Assembly: GCA_035695825.1 (NCBI GenBank)
Contig: DASRRH010000010.1
Span: 3,806-67,805 of the forward strand
From: Planctomycetota bacterium
GTDB taxonomy: Bacteria; Planctomycetota; UBA1135; JAKEFM01
Direction: 5' to 3'
Length of the DNA: 64,000 nucleotides
The notes under the pieces are model-generated. The model saw only the letters and a program-made list of their open reading frames with translations. It searched no databases and was not told the origin of the DNA. Position 1 is the stretch's first letter. Every line of letters starts with the position of its first letter. Positions 1 to 9,949 of the stretch are shown here, piece after piece. The translations under genes were made by a program, and so were the position numbers.

Positions 1-920
1 AGCGCCTCGCCGAGGAGGAAGCCGAGGTCCTCGACCCGAGCAAGCGGCGTCGAGGGGCGGGGGCGCGTGCCGAGGGAGGCGAACGCCCCTTCCGCCACGG
101 CGGTAGCGAGGAGCCCCGCCCCGCCGAAGCGGTGCGGGGAGGCCGCCCCCTCGAGGTGGAGGTCCCCCGCGAGGTGGCGGTCCACGGCGGCGGCGGGGAA
201 GACCTCCTCGAGGGCGAAGCGGCCGAGGACGGAGGCCGCGACCGTGCGCTCCGCCTCTCCCCCCGGGGCGCGGAGGACCCCGTCGTCGCTCGAGAAGCCC
301 GTCCGGAGGAACTGCGCGAGGTCGTACTTCGGCACCCCGACGAGGGTCTGGCGGCGGAGCTTCGCGCCGAGGCCGAGCGAGAAGAGCTCGTTGTCGACGA
401 GCTCGCGCACGAGGGCGGTCGAGATCCGCGTGAGACCGGAGGCAAAGACGCGGTCCTCGACGCGCGAGGCGACGGTCTCCGCGACCTCCCGCGGGAGGTC
501 GGCCTCGATCATCAGGGCGGCGACGATCTTCCCCTTGCTCCAGCGTTCGAGGGCCTTCCCCGTCGGCGGGTGGACGGCCGGGGCGGCCCCCGGGCGCGCC
601 TCCCCCTCCTTCCGCACCGCGAGCGCATCCCGGACCTGGGCGCGCTTGTCGCGGTAGAGGATGTAGGCCTTCGCGACGGCGCCGTGCCCCGTCTCCATCA
701 GGACCCGCTCGACCAGGTCCTGGATCTCCTCGATGTGGGGGGAGGTCGCGACGGGACGGCGGGAGAGGGCGAGGACGACGACCTCGGAGAGCTCGGTGGC
801 GAGGCGCCGGTCCTCCCCTCCCGTCGCGCGGATCGCCTTGAAGATAGCCTCTCCGATCTTCCGGGCGTCGAAGGGGACCTCCCGGCCGTCGCGCTTGCGG
901 ACTCGCTTCGGGGCACTCAC
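1..920 (-). CDS. nrdD: ribonucleotide reductase, N-terminal ~306 codons (gene runs off the left edge); class III (NrdD)-like
   Basis: Absent from the ORF track because it has no stop in the window. My minus-strand translation from the GTG at 918-920 gives [30 protein letters not shown] (ATP-cone). A second ATP-cone-like segment follows ([55 protein letters not shown]), then [10 protein letters not shown]. The GTG overlaps the nrdR stop (GTGA). Confidence 0.6.
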   Translation of the reverse strand, partial: MSAPKRVRKRDGREVPFDARKIGEAIFKAIRATGGEDRRLATELSEVVVLALSRRPVATSPHIEEIQDLVERVLMETGHGAVAKAYILYRDKRAQVRDALAVRKEGEARPGAAPAVHPPTGKALERWSKGKIVAALMIEADLPREVAETVASRVEDRVFASGLTRISTALVRELVDNELFSLGLGAKLRRQTLVGVPKYDLAQFLRTGFSSDDGVLRAPGGEAERTVAASVLGRFALEEVFPAAAVDRHLAGDLHLEGAASPHRFGGAGLLATAVAEGAFASLGTRPRPSTPLARVEDLGFLLGEA

Positions 921-1375
921 GGGCGCCGTTCGAGCATCGGGCGCAGCTCCTGGAGGAACTGCGTGACGTCCTTGAACTCCCGGTAGACGGAGGCGAAGCG
1001 CACGTACGCGACCTGGTCGAGGGTGCGCAGTTCCTGCATGACGAGGTCCCCGATGAAGGAGGTCGGGACCTCGCGGTCGAACCTCTCCGAGCAGGCGCGC
1101 TCGATCCGGGTCACGATCTCCTCGAGCTTCTCCTCGCTCACGGGACGCTTCTCGCACGCCCGGCGCAAGCCCGCCAGGATCTTCCCCCGGTCGAACGGCT
1201 CCCGCCGGCCGTCCTTCTTGACGACCCGGAGGGGGGACTCTTCCAGCCGCTCGTAGGTGGTGTAGCGGCGGGAGCACTCGAGGCACTCCCGCCGCCGGCG
1301 GATGGCGAATCCGTCGTTCGACGCGCGCGAGTCGATGACGCGGTCGTTGTCCTGCTTGCAGAAGGGACAGCGCAC
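917..1375 (-). CDS. nrdR: transcriptional repressor NrdR (zinc ribbon + ATP-cone)
   Basis: 152 aa: [17 protein letters not shown]...[16 protein letters not shown]...[16 protein letters not shown]. Sits directly upstream of, and overlaps, the reductase gene. Confidence 0.95.
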   Translation of the reverse strand: MRCPFCKQDNDRVIDSRASNDGFAIRRRRECLECSRRYTTYERLEESPLRVVKKDGRREPFDRGKILAGLRRACEKRPVSEEKLEEIVTRIERACSERFDREVPTSFIGDLVMQELRTLDQVAYVRFASVYREFKDVTQFLQELRPMLERRP

Positions 1376-1455
1376 GCGGAAAGGGCCCGGGAAGGGGGGG
1401 AACCCCGATAAAGCACCCGCCGGGGGGTGTCAAACCAAAACCGCCGCGCGGGCCG

Positions 1456-3219
1456 CTACCCCGTCGGGGAGGGGGAGCGGACGGGAAGACCCGCCTGCCG
1501 GCGGATGATCTTCGACTCGACGATCCCGAGCGAACTCGAGGCGAGCCAGTAGAGGGAGAGGCCGGCGGCGTAGTTGTAGAACATGAACCCGAAGAGGAAG
1601 GGCATGAACTGGAGGACCTTCATCTGCGCGGCTTGCTGCGGGTCGGCGGGCTTCGGGGCCATCCGCTGCTGGAGCCACCAGACGACCATCATCGCGAGCG
1701 GAAGCAGGTTGAGGTGCGTCCATCCGAGGAAGGGGATCGCGCTCCCGAAGGAGAGCGTCTGGTCGGGGCGGGAGAGGTCCTCGATCCATAGGAAGGGGGC
1801 GTGGCGGAGCTCGTAGGAGACGCGCAGCGCGGAGAAGAGGCCCCACCAGACCGGGAGCTGGAAGAACATCGTGAGGCATCCGAAGGCGGGGAACCGCAGC
1901 CCGTGCTCGCGGAAGAGCTGCCCCTGCGCCTGCTGGAGCTTCCGGAAGTCGTTCTTGTACTTGCGCTTGATCTCCTCGACCTGGGGCTGGAGCTTGCGCG
2001 CCCGCTCCTGAAAGCGGGCCATGGCGACCTGCTGGTGGCGGTTGAGGGGGAAGAGCGCGCCCCGGACGACGAGGGTGAGGAGGAGGATCGAGACCCCCCA
2101 CGAACCGGTGAGGGAGTGGAAGAGGCCGAGGATCCAGAGGAGGGGCCGGCTGACCCACCCGGCCCAGCCGTAGTCCAACCGGAACGCCCGGTCGTAGGTC
2201 GGCTCGGCGGCGCGGAGGACTCCGGGCCGCTTGGGCCCGACGAAGACCTCGAGGCGCTTCTCCTCGACCTGACCCGCGGGCTGGAGGTGGAAGGAGAGGC
2301 CGCACTCCGCCGCGAGGAGGCGCCAGCGCGCCGTCGGCGGCGCCCCCGGATCGGCGAGCGGGACGGCCCTCGCGAAGGCGAATCGGGCGGGCGGGAGGGG
2401 CCTCGCGAGGGCCGCGAAGTACTTGTTCATCGATCCCCCCCAGGCGATCTCCCCGGCGGGGAAGGGGCGGGGCTCGCCGTTCCCCGTCGGGTTCGCAACG
2501 ACGTTTTCCGTCTCGAGGGAGTACCCCTTCCGGCACCCGGCGAGGGCGACCGGATCCTTGTAGAAGGAGTCCCCGTACGGAAAGATCGAGCTCGTCGGCG
2601 AGAAGGCGAGGAGGAGGTCGCGCCCGACCGCATCCGGGTCCTCGTTCGTGACGCGCAGGACGATCTCGAGGGTGAAGGGGTGGGCGCCGGGCCGGAACTC
2701 CTTTTCGAAGGTGAGCCGGTTCGAGAGGGGGCAGCGCGCGAGGAGCGCCCCGTCCGAGGAGAGGAGAGCGAACGCCCAGGGCGCCTGGTCGAGGTCGAAT
2801 CCGAGGGAGCCCGCGTGGTCGCGGAGGCCGAACGTCGCCGGGCCCCGCTCGGGCGCGCGCAGGAGCGCGAGCCAATCCTCGACCTTGTCGGACGCGCGCC
2901 GCTCCGAGGCCGCGTCGGGGTAGAAGCGCTTGAGGCGGATCTGCCTCGCGACGGCTCCCCGGCCCGAGAGGTCGATCCGCAACTCGTTCGTCTCGAAGAC
3001 GAAGTCCTCGGAGGGGCCGGCGAGGAGGCCCGCGACGCCCGGGACCCTCGGCGCGGGCGCGGACTCCGCGGGAACGCTCCGGGAGGGAGGGGCCTCCTCC
3101 GCCGCGGTGGGCGCGGCGGACGAGGGAGCCGGTCTCCGGGGGGCCGGGAAGAGGATCGCCCAGAGGACGAGGACCGCGACCGAGAGGACGATCGCGAGGA
3201 GGAAGCGCGGCTTGTCCAA
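1456..3219 (-). CDS. yidC: membrane protein insertase YidC
   Basis: 587 aa with an N-terminal TM (FLLAIVLSVAVLVLWAILF), a large periplasmic domain and a C-terminal core (LGLFHSLTGSWGVSILLLTLVVRGALFPLN...MKVLQFMPFLFGFMFYNYAAGLSLYW). Confidence 0.9.
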   Translation of the reverse strand: MDKPRFLLAIVLSVAVLVLWAILFPAPRRPAPSSAAPTAAEEAPPSRSVPAESAPAPRVPGVAGLLAGPSEDFVFETNELRIDLSGRGAVARQIRLKRFYPDAASERRASDKVEDWLALLRAPERGPATFGLRDHAGSLGFDLDQAPWAFALLSSDGALLARCPLSNRLTFEKEFRPGAHPFTLEIVLRVTNEDPDAVGRDLLLAFSPTSSIFPYGDSFYKDPVALAGCRKGYSLETENVVANPTGNGEPRPFPAGEIAWGGSMNKYFAALARPLPPARFAFARAVPLADPGAPPTARWRLLAAECGLSFHLQPAGQVEEKRLEVFVGPKRPGVLRAAEPTYDRAFRLDYGWAGWVSRPLLWILGLFHSLTGSWGVSILLLTLVVRGALFPLNRHQQVAMARFQERARKLQPQVEEIKRKYKNDFRKLQQAQGQLFREHGLRFPAFGCLTMFFQLPVWWGLFSALRVSYELRHAPFLWIEDLSRPDQTLSFGSAIPFLGWTHLNLLPLAMMVVWWLQQRMAPKPADPQQAAQMKVLQFMPFLFGFMFYNYAAGLSLYWLASSSLGIVESKIIRRQAGLPVRSPSPTG

Positions 3220-3228
3220 CCGGGGGGC

Positions 3229-3990
3229 CTAGCGCCCCGCGAGGAGCCGGCTCGCGAGGAACTCGGGGAGCACCCCCGTCGCCCGGATCCGCGCGGCCGC
3301 CCTCTCCATGTCGTAGTCGAGGCGCACGAACTCGACGCTCTCCCCGTCGTAGATCGCGTATCCGAGGCGCGGGTCGCCGTCGCGGGGCTGCCCGACCGAC
3401 CCGACGTTGACGAGCGTCTTCCCCTCCTTCGGGAACCGCCAGGGACCCTCGAGCGAGCGCGGGGAGAGGAATCGGCCCTCCTCCGTGAAGATCCCGGGGA
3501 CGTGGGAGTGCCCGATCATCGCGACGGGCCGGTCGAACGCCGCGAAGACCGGGGCCATCTTCGCCGCGTTCCTCGCGTCGCGGGGGAGGATGTACTCCCG
3601 GAGCGGATCGCGCGGGGAACCGTGGGAGTAGAAGGTCCGATCGTCCCGGACGACCTCGGGAAGCTCGCCGATGAACCCCCAGAGCTTGAAGTTCTCCTCC
3701 CGGGATCGCTCGGGGGCGTTGAGCGTCGCCCTCGTCCAGTCGATCGCCGCGCGGGCCTTCGGGTTGAAGTCCTCGGCGTAGTGCATCGCCGCCTGCTCGT
3801 GGTTCCCGAGGATCGTGAAGCGGCAGCGGTCCATGACCCGGGAGAGGCACTCGCGGGGGCTCGCCCCGTAGCCGATCACGTCCCCGAGGCAGACGACGTC
3901 CTCGATCCGCCGCATGTCGATGTCGGCGAACGCGACGGTCAGCGCTTCAACGTTCGAGTGGACGTCGGAGAGGATCGCCGTCCGGCCCAA
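3229..3990 (-). CDS. metallophosphoesterase family protein
   Basis: 253 aa: ILSDVHSNVEAL, VCLGDVIGYG, GNHE, GHSH. These are the classic calcineurin-like phosphoesterase motifs. Confidence 0.85.
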   Translation of the reverse strand: MGRTAILSDVHSNVEALTVAFADIDMRRIEDVVCLGDVIGYGASPRECLSRVMDRCRFTILGNHEQAAMHYAEDFNPKARAAIDWTRATLNAPERSREENFKLWGFIGELPEVVRDDRTFYSHGSPRDPLREYILPRDARNAAKMAPVFAAFDRPVAMIGHSHVPGIFTEEGRFLSPRSLEGPWRFPKEGKTLVNVGSVGQPRDGDPRLGYAIYDGESVEFVRLDYDMERAAARIRATGVLPEFLASRLLAGR

Positions 3991-3993
3991 GGC

Positions 3994-4203
3994 TCAGGCG
4001 CTCCCTTTCCCCGACGCGCCGCCCTCCGCGCTCCGCTTCGGCGGGGGGCCTCTCTCCGCCTCCTCCTCGAGCATGACGGGGATCTCGTCGCGGATCGGGT
4101 AGCGCCGCCCGCACTGACCGCACACGAGCCGGTCCCCCTCGAGCGTCACCGCCGTCTTGCAGACGGGGCAGGCGAGGATCCGGAGCAGCTCTTCGTCGAT
4201 CAT
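3994..4203 (-). CDS. Trm112/UPF0434-family small zinc-ribbon protein
   Basis: MIDEELLRILACPVCKTAVTLEGDRLVCGQCGRRYPIRDEIPVMLEEEA. I chose the internal ATG at 4203 rather than the track start at 4254. Confidence 0.75.
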   Translation of the reverse strand: MIDEELLRILACPVCKTAVTLEGDRLVCGQCGRRYPIRDEIPVMLEEEAERGPPPKRSAEGGASGKGSA

Positions 4204-4291
4204 GCGGCCAGGGGGAGGCGGGCGGATTATTCCCGGCCCTCCTCCGCCGGGCAACGTCGGCTCGAACGCGCGCGCGTCCCTCTCCCCTACG

Positions 4292-7200
4292 ATGAGGCTC
4301 TCCGTGGTCCCCGCCGCGAGAGGTTTTCTGCGGTCGCCCCTTCCGATCGCGCTCCTCCTCGCCCTCTCGGGAGCGAGCGCCCTCGTCGACGAGGTCGCCT
4401 GGGTCCGGCTCCTCGCCCTCCTCCTCGGGGCGGGCGCTCCCGCCGTCGGGACGGTGCTCTCGGTCTTCTTCCTCGGGATGGCGGGGGGCGCGCGGCTCGC
4501 GGGAGCGCTCGCCCCCCGATCGCGCGACCCGCTCCGGGTCTACGCGGTCCTCGAGCTCGCGATCGGGGCCTTCGCCGCGGGGAGCCCCTTCCTCGCCTCG
4601 GCCGGGGAGTCCCTCTACCTCGGGCTCGGTCCCGGAGCGCTCCTCCCGCGCGTCCTCGTCGCCTCGCTCCTCCTCGTGCCGCCGACCCTCGCGATGGGAG
4701 CGACGCTCCCTTTCGCGCTGCGGGCCTGCGCGGGCGGGCGCGACGAGGCTCGACGGGGAAGCCTCCTCTACGGCGCCAACACGCTGGGAGGGGTCGCGGG
4801 CTGCCTGCTCGCGGGCTTCCTCCTCCTCGAACGCCTGGGCCTCCGAGGGACCCTCCTCGCCTCGGCCGCCGGCAACGTCGTCGCCGCGGCGGGGGCGCTC
4901 CTCCTGCGACGCGGGTGGGCCGACCTGACCTCGCCCCCCTCCGTCCCCGCCCGGCTCCGGGCGCCGCTCCCGCTCCTCCTCGGGGCCGGGGCCGGATTCC
5001 TCGCCGTGGCGGCGGAGGTCCTCTACACCCGCCTCCTCTCCCGGATCCTGGGGGGAACCGTCTACGCGTTCGCCGCGATGCTCGCCTGCTTCCTCGCAGG
5101 GATCGCGGGAGGGGCGGCGGCGGCAGGAACTCTCCTCCCCCGCGTCCGGCGACCCGCCTCCCTCTTCGCCTGGCTCTCCATCCTCTCCGCGGCCGCGCTC
5201 GTGGGGAGCCCGCCGCTCCTCCTCGCGCTCTCGGAGCGATTCGCCGTCGGACACGGGGAGTGGAGCGGCTTCGGCGTGGTCCTCGCGCGCTCGTTCGCCG
5301 CCTGCGCGATCGTCCTCCTCCCGGTCGGGGCGCTCTCGGGCGCGGCCTTCGCCGCCCTCCTCCGCCTCGCGATCGGGGAAGGGAACGGGCGGGCGGGCCC
5401 CGAGGCGACGGGGCAGCTCTACGCGTGGAACACCCTCGGCTCGGTCCTCGGGTCCCTCGTCGGAACCTTCGGGCTCCTCCCCCTCGCGGGGAGCGGGACC
5501 GGCCTCGCGTGGGTCGCCGGGGGGCAGGTCCTCCTCGCGATCGGGGCCTGGGCCTTTGACCGGGGATGGAGGACCGCGCTCCTCCTCCTTCCGGCGCTGC
5601 CGGTCGTCGCGGTCCTCCCCTCCCGTTTCGACCTCCGGTCGCTTCGTCTTGCGATCAACGTCGCCGACGACGCCCGCTACGGGGGAAGGCCGGCGACGAT
5701 GCTCCTCGCCGTCGAGGGGCCCGGAGCGAGCGTCGCCGTCTTCGAGGAGGAATGGGGAAGGACGCTCCGGCTGAACGGCAAGGTCGTCGCCTCGACCGCC
5801 TTCATCGACGCGCGCAACCAGCTCCTCCTCGGCCACCTCCCGGCGCTCCTCCACCCCGGCCCCCGCGACGGGCTCGTCGTCGGCCTCGGGACGGGGATGA
5901 CCGCGGGGGCCCTCGCCATCCACGCGGGGATCGAGGTCGAGGTCGTCGAGCTCGCGCCCGAGGTCGCCCGGGCGGCGGAGAAGTTCGCCGACCACAATCA
6001 CGGCCTTCTCCAACGACCCAACGTACGGGTCGTCTTCGACGACGGCCGCCACCTCCTCCTCTCGACCGGGCGGCGCTTCGACGTGATCACCTCCGACCCG
6101 GTGCACCCCTGGGTCTCGGGGGGGGCCAACCTCTACTCCCTCGACTACTTCCGGCTCGTCCGCGCCCGGCTCCGGCCCGGTGGGATCGCGGCGCAGTGGC
6201 TGCCGCTCTACGAGATGCGCCCGGAGGAGATGCGCTCCATCGTCGCGACCTTCGCCGGGGCCTTCGAGCACGCCGCCCTCTGGATCGCCTTCCAGGACGC
6301 GATCCTCCTCGGCTCGGACGCCTCCCTCCTGCCGCGCCCGGCGGAGCTCGCGCGGCGGATGCGAGCGCCCGAGGTGCTCGAGGACCTCGCCTCGGTCGAC
6401 CTCGCCGACCCCGACCGTCTCGCCTCCCTCCTCGTCGCCGTCGACGACGACCTCCGCTTCCTCGGCGCGGGGAGCCCGCTGGTGACGGACGACCGCCAGA
6501 CCCTCGAGTTCCGGGCTGCGCGCTCCCAGTACGCCCTCACGATCGGGAGGAACCTCCTCGACCTCTGCGCCGCGCGGGGGGGAGCCCTCGAGCTCCTCCT
6601 CCCCTCCCTCCCCGAGCGCGGCGCCCTCTTTGCGCGGGTCTTCCGTTCGACGAGCGCGACCTTCCGCGCCTACGGCGCCCTCGCGGAAGGGGCGTTGCGA
6701 GAGGGGACCGCGGCGATCGTCGAGTCCTGGGTCGAGGACCCCGACGGACCGCACGTCCCGTGGGGGCGCTTCCTCCCCTCCCTCGCGCGCGCCTTCGCGG
6801 AGGGGGAGAGGGACCCCGTCTCTCTCTACGGGAGGGGGGTCCTCCTCTGGCAGGAGGCGAAGGTCCGACTTCGCCGGGGCGGGGACGCCTCCCCCGTTCT
6901 CGAGGAGGCGGCCCGCCTCCTCGCGGAGGCCGCGCGACTCGCGCCGGACGCCCGTCTCGCGGTCGCCTCCCTCCGGGAGCGAGCGAAGGTGCTCGGCGAG
7001 CTCGGCCGGTTCGCAGAATGCCTTGCAGGCGCCGACGCCGCGCTGCGGGCGGAGGCGGGTCTTCCCGTCCTCCACCGGATCCGGGCGCTCGCGCTGCTCG
7101 GCTTCGGCCGGGTCGAGGACTCGCTCCGAGCCGCGGAGGAGGCGGCGTCGCTCGACGGAGGGAGCGCCGACTCTTGGAGCCTCCGCGGCGCCGTGCTCGC

Positions 7201-7297
7201 GGCCCTGGGACGGCGCGAAGAGGCCGCCGCCGCGTACCGGGAGGCGCTCGCCCGCGACCCCCGCGACGCGCGCGCGCGGGCGTTCCTCGCCCGGTGA
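4292..7297 (+). CDS. polytopic membrane protein fused to a spermidine-synthase-like methyltransferase domain and C-terminal TPR repeats
   Basis: Start moved to the ATG at 4292 (MRLSVVPAARGF...). Multiple TM helices, then GLVVGLGTGMTAG...VVELAPEV...FDVITSDPVHPWVSGGANLYSLDYF (spermidine-synthase fold), then TPR-like ALRAEAG...AAAAYREALARDPRDARARAFLAR. Confidence 0.8.
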   Translation: MRLSVVPAARGFLRSPLPIALLLALSGASALVDEVAWVRLLALLLGAGAPAVGTVLSVFFLGMAGGARLAGALAPRSRDPLRVYAVLELAIGAFAAGSPFLASAGESLYLGLGPGALLPRVLVASLLLVPPTLAMGATLPFALRACAGGRDEARRGSLLYGANTLGGVAGCLLAGFLLLERLGLRGTLLASAAGNVVAAAGALLLRRGWADLTSPPSVPARLRAPLPLLLGAGAGFLAVAAEVLYTRLLSRILGGTVYAFAAMLACFLAGIAGGAAAAGTLLPRVRRPASLFAWLSILSAAALVGSPPLLLALSERFAVGHGEWSGFGVVLARSFAACAIVLLPVGALSGAAFAALLRLAIGEGNGRAGPEATGQLYAWNTLGSVLGSLVGTFGLLPLAGSGTGLAWVAGGQVLLAIGAWAFDRGWRTALLLLPALPVVAVLPSRFDLRSLRLAINVADDARYGGRPATMLLAVEGPGASVAVFEEEWGRTLRLNGKVVASTAFIDARNQLLLGHLPALLHPGPRDGLVVGLGTGMTAGALAIHAGIEVEVVELAPEVARAAEKFADHNHGLLQRPNVRVVFDDGRHLLLSTGRRFDVITSDPVHPWVSGGANLYSLDYFRLVRARLRPGGIAAQWLPLYEMRPEEMRSIVATFAGAFEHAALWIAFQDAILLGSDASLLPRPAELARRMRAPEVLEDLASVDLADPDRLASLLVAVDDDLRFLGAGSPLVTDDRQTLEFRAARSQYALTIGRNLLDLCAARGGALELLLPSLPERGALFARVFRSTSATFRAYGALAEGALREGTAAIVESWVEDPDGPHVPWGRFLPSLARAFAEGERDPVSLYGRGVLLWQEAKVRLRRGGDASPVLEEAARLLAEAARLAPDARLAVASLRERAKVLGELGRFAECLAGADAALRAEAGLPVLHRIRALALLGFGRVEDSLRAAEEAASLDGGSADSWSLRGAVLAALGRREEAAAAYREALARDPRDARARAFLAR

Positions 7298-7371
7298 GCC
7301 CCTCCCCTTCCGCCCCCGGAACCCGGATCGTAGAGTGCTTCGCCCTTCCAGGCTCGTTCCCTCGATCCCCC

Positions 7372-8385
7372 ATGTGGACCCCGTCGCTCCTCCTCCTCGC
7401 TCTCCCCGGCCTCCTCCCGACCCAGGGGGAGAAGCCCCCGCAGCCCCCCGCGCCGGCTCCCCCCGCCGCCGCGCCGACGCAGGAGCCCCCCCCCCTCACC
7501 CTCCCTCCCGGCGTCGCGGCGACGATCAACGGGACGCCCCTCTCGATGGACGAGTACCGCGACTTCCTCTGGATGATCCACTGCAAGCAGAACATCCGGG
7601 ATCTGGTCGCCTTCAAGCTCCTCGAGGAGGAGGCGGCGAAGTACGGGATCACGGTGACCGAGGAGGAGGTGCGGGGGAAGATCGCGAAGTTCTGGGACGA
7701 CTTCCTGAACCGCCGCCACGGCGGGGACCGCGCCAAGGCGGAGAAGGAGCTCCGGGAGATGGGATTCACCTCGGAGATCTACGACCGCTACCAGGCCTTC
7801 CAGGCGAGGAAGGACCTCCTCCAGGACCGGATCGTCCAGCGCACGCGCGTCGTCACGGACGACGCGGTGAAGCGCCGGTTCGACCAGAAGTACGGGGTCG
7901 ACGGGGTCAAGGTCGAGGTCCGCCAGATCTTCCTCGGGAGGGCGGCCTTCATGAAGGAGGAGGTCGCGAAGGGGAAGAAGCCCTCCGAGGTCGACCAGAA
8001 GCTCCTCGACGACAAGGCGCGCGACGCCGCCTTCAAGGCCCACGAGCGGCTGAAGAAGGGGGAGGACTTCGGGGAGGTCGCGCGGGAGATCTCGCAGGAT
8101 CCCGCGGCGAAGCAGAGCGGGGGGGTGCTCCCGAACTACAACTACGACCGCTACGGGGAGGAGTTCTCGAAGGTCGTCCGCGCGCTGAAGGAGGGGGAGT
8201 TCTCGGATCCCTTCCCGGTCGGCAACAACTGGCACCTTGTCCAGGTCCTCCGGCGGACGACGACCCCCCTCGAGAAGGTGCGCGAGACGATCTTCAAGGA
8301 GCTGACGGAGGAGGCGCCGGGCTTCGCCGAGAAGAACGAGCTCTACAAGCGCGTCTACGAGTCGGCGACGGTCGTCCTCTGGTAG
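7372..8385 (+). CDS. secreted parvulin-type peptidyl-prolyl isomerase (SurA/PrsA-like)
   Basis: ATG at 7372 inside a longer artefactual ORF. Signal peptide MWTPSLLLLALPGLLP. PPIC-type segment VRQIFL...GEDFGEVAREISQDPAAKQSGGVLPNY...EGEFSDPFPVGNNWHLVQV. Confidence 0.8.
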   Translation: MWTPSLLLLALPGLLPTQGEKPPQPPAPAPPAAAPTQEPPPLTLPPGVAATINGTPLSMDEYRDFLWMIHCKQNIRDLVAFKLLEEEAAKYGITVTEEEVRGKIAKFWDDFLNRRHGGDRAKAEKELREMGFTSEIYDRYQAFQARKDLLQDRIVQRTRVVTDDAVKRRFDQKYGVDGVKVEVRQIFLGRAAFMKEEVAKGKKPSEVDQKLLDDKARDAAFKAHERLKKGEDFGEVAREISQDPAAKQSGGVLPNYNYDRYGEEFSKVVRALKEGEFSDPFPVGNNWHLVQVLRRTTTPLEKVRETIFKELTEEAPGFAEKNELYKRVYESATVVLW

Positions 8386-9335
8386 GGGCGGGCCCCCCAC
8401 CGGGCGAGCGCAGCGAAGGCCGCGAGCGCGCCCCCCTCCGCGATCCGCGCCGCGCGCGCCCCTCGTCCCGACGCAGCGAGCGCGGCGCCGCCGCAGGCGG
8501 CGGCGAGTCCCCAGAGGAGCAGGACGGCGCGCACGCGGCCGAGACCCGCGGCGGCCACTCGATGAGAGAGGTGGAGGTGGTCGCCGACATGGGGGAGCCG
8601 GCGCAGGCGCAGGCGGAGGAGGACCACCCGGACAAGGTCGAGGAGGGGCACCGCGAGGGCGAGAAGGGGTAGAGCCCTCTCCGGGAGCGAGCCCTCCGCG
8701 CGCGCGCACGCGCCGAGGGCGGCGGCCGCGACGGCGAAGCCGACGGCGTGGCTCCCGGCGTCGCCGGCGAAGACCCGGGCTCGGGGAAAGTTCCAGGGGA
8801 GGAAGCCGAGGCAGGCCCCGAGGAGCGGCCCGGCCGAGGCGGTCTCGCCGAGGAGGAGGAGCGTCCCCGCCGCCGCCGCCCCGAGCCCTGCGGCGAGGCC
8901 GTTCATGTTGTCGAGGAAGTTCCACGCGTTCGTCGCGCCGACGAGGAAGAGGCCGGCAAGGGCGAGGTCGAGCGGCTCCGGAGAGAACCGCGGGGTGCGG
9001 AGCCCCGAGGCGAGCGCCGCGGCGGCCGCGGTGCACTGGCCCGCGAGCTTCCCCCACGCCGGGAAGCGGCGCTTGGCGGAGTCGTCGAGGAGGCCGACGG
9101 CGAAGGCGATCCCCGTCCCCTCGAGGAGTGCGACCCCTCCTCCGTCGAGCGATCCCGGCCACGCCACCCCCGCGGCGAGGCCCGCGAACAGCCCGGCCCC
9201 GCCGAGGAGGGGGGTCGGCGCCCCATGGTCCTTGCGCCCTTCCGGCCGGTCGAGGAGGCCGAGCCTCCTCGCGAGGACGGCGAAGAGCGGGGTCGCGCCG
9301 AGGGCGACGAGGAAGCCGACCCCGGCCCCGATCAA
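8355..9335 (-). CDS. glycosyltransferase family 4 (MraY/WecA-like polyprenyl-phosphate sugar-1-phosphate transferase)
   Basis: The only plausible part of the 572-aa ORF. A TTG at 9335 overlaps the nadD stop (TTGA). Motifs: LDRPEGRKDHGAPTPLLGG, GLLDD, NAWNFLDNMNGLAAG, FAGDAGSH. Confidence 0.7.
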   Translation of the reverse strand: MIGAGVGFLVALGATPLFAVLARRLGLLDRPEGRKDHGAPTPLLGGAGLFAGLAAGVAWPGSLDGGGVALLEGTGIAFAVGLLDDSAKRRFPAWGKLAGQCTAAAAALASGLRTPRFSPEPLDLALAGLFLVGATNAWNFLDNMNGLAAGLGAAAAGTLLLLGETASAGPLLGACLGFLPWNFPRARVFAGDAGSHAVGFAVAAAALGACARAEGSLPERALPLLALAVPLLDLVRVVLLRLRLRRLPHVGDHLHLSHRVAAAGLGRVRAVLLLWGLAAACGGAALAASGRGARAARIAEGGALAAFAALARWGARPYQRTTVADS

Positions 9336-9949
9336 GGGTCGCTCCGGTAAAGCCCGTGGCGCGCGATGTAGGCGGCGACGGCCGGAGGGAGGAGGTCGTC
9401 GACTCGGAGCCCTCGCCGCAGCCGCTCCCGGACCTCCGTCGCCGAAACGTCGACCGGCTCGATCTCGAGGAATCCGGCGGCGAGGGCTCCGACCTCCTCG
9501 GCCGTGAAACTCCCCCGGAGTCCCTCGACCGCGGAGCGCGCGAAGCCCCGGCGCACGATCGTGAGCACGCGGGTGCGAGCGAGGATCCCGTGGATGTCCT
9601 TCCACTGCGGGAGGTCGGGGAGCGTGTCCGAGCCGATCACGAGGAGGACCTCGGCGCCGGGAGGCGAGAGGGCGCGGACCTCCTCGAGCGTGTCGACCGT
9701 GTAGGAGCGCCCCCCGCGACGGATCTCGAGGTCGCTTGCCTCGAGGCCCGGCCGCCCCTCGACGGCGAGGACGACCATCGCGAGCCGGTGTTCGGCGGGG
9801 GCGAGGACCCGCCCCTCCTTGTGGGGCGGCGCCGCGGCGGGGACGAGGAGGACCTGCGCGAGCCCCCCCCGGTCCCGCGCGGCCGACGCGACCGCGACGT
9901 GGCCGTTGTGGATCGGGTCGAAAGAGCCCCCGTAGACTCCGACCCTCAT
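9332..9949 (-). CDS. nadD: nicotinate-nucleotide adenylyltransferase
   Basis: MRVGVYGGSFDPIHNGHVAVA...PPHK...SYTVDTL...IGSDTL. The ATG at 9949 overlaps the hisS stop (ATGA). Confidence 0.9.
   Translation of the reverse strand: MRVGVYGGSFDPIHNGHVAVASAARDRGGLAQVLLVPAAAPPHKEGRVLAPAEHRLAMVVLAVEGRPGLEASDLEIRRGGRSYTVDTLEEVRALSPPGAEVLLVIGSDTLPDLPQWKDIHGILARTRVLTIVRRGFARSAVEGLRGSFTAEEVGALAAGFLEIEPVDVSATEVRERLRRGLRVDDLLPPAVAAYIARHGLYRSDP

Noticed and set aside
1376-1455. Possible NrdR box (acaccccccggcgggtgc) upstream of nrdR
   Set aside because: Only the ACAC...GGTG ends vaguely resemble the AT-rich palindromic NrdR-box consensus, and only a single copy is present. This is insufficient evidence.
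1801-5559. 1252-aa ORF on the plus strand, with similar giants at 3947-7075(-), 5566-8385(+, upstream part), 36163-40014(+, upstream part), 43050-45449(+), 23631-26633(+) and 60156-62660(-)
   Set aside because: Their translations are monotonous R/G/P/E/D/A strings that run antisense or out of frame to genes with clear family motifs. This is the expected artefact of stop-codon scarcity in very GC-rich DNA. Only the 3' portions of some (7372-8385, 38590-40014) are real genes.
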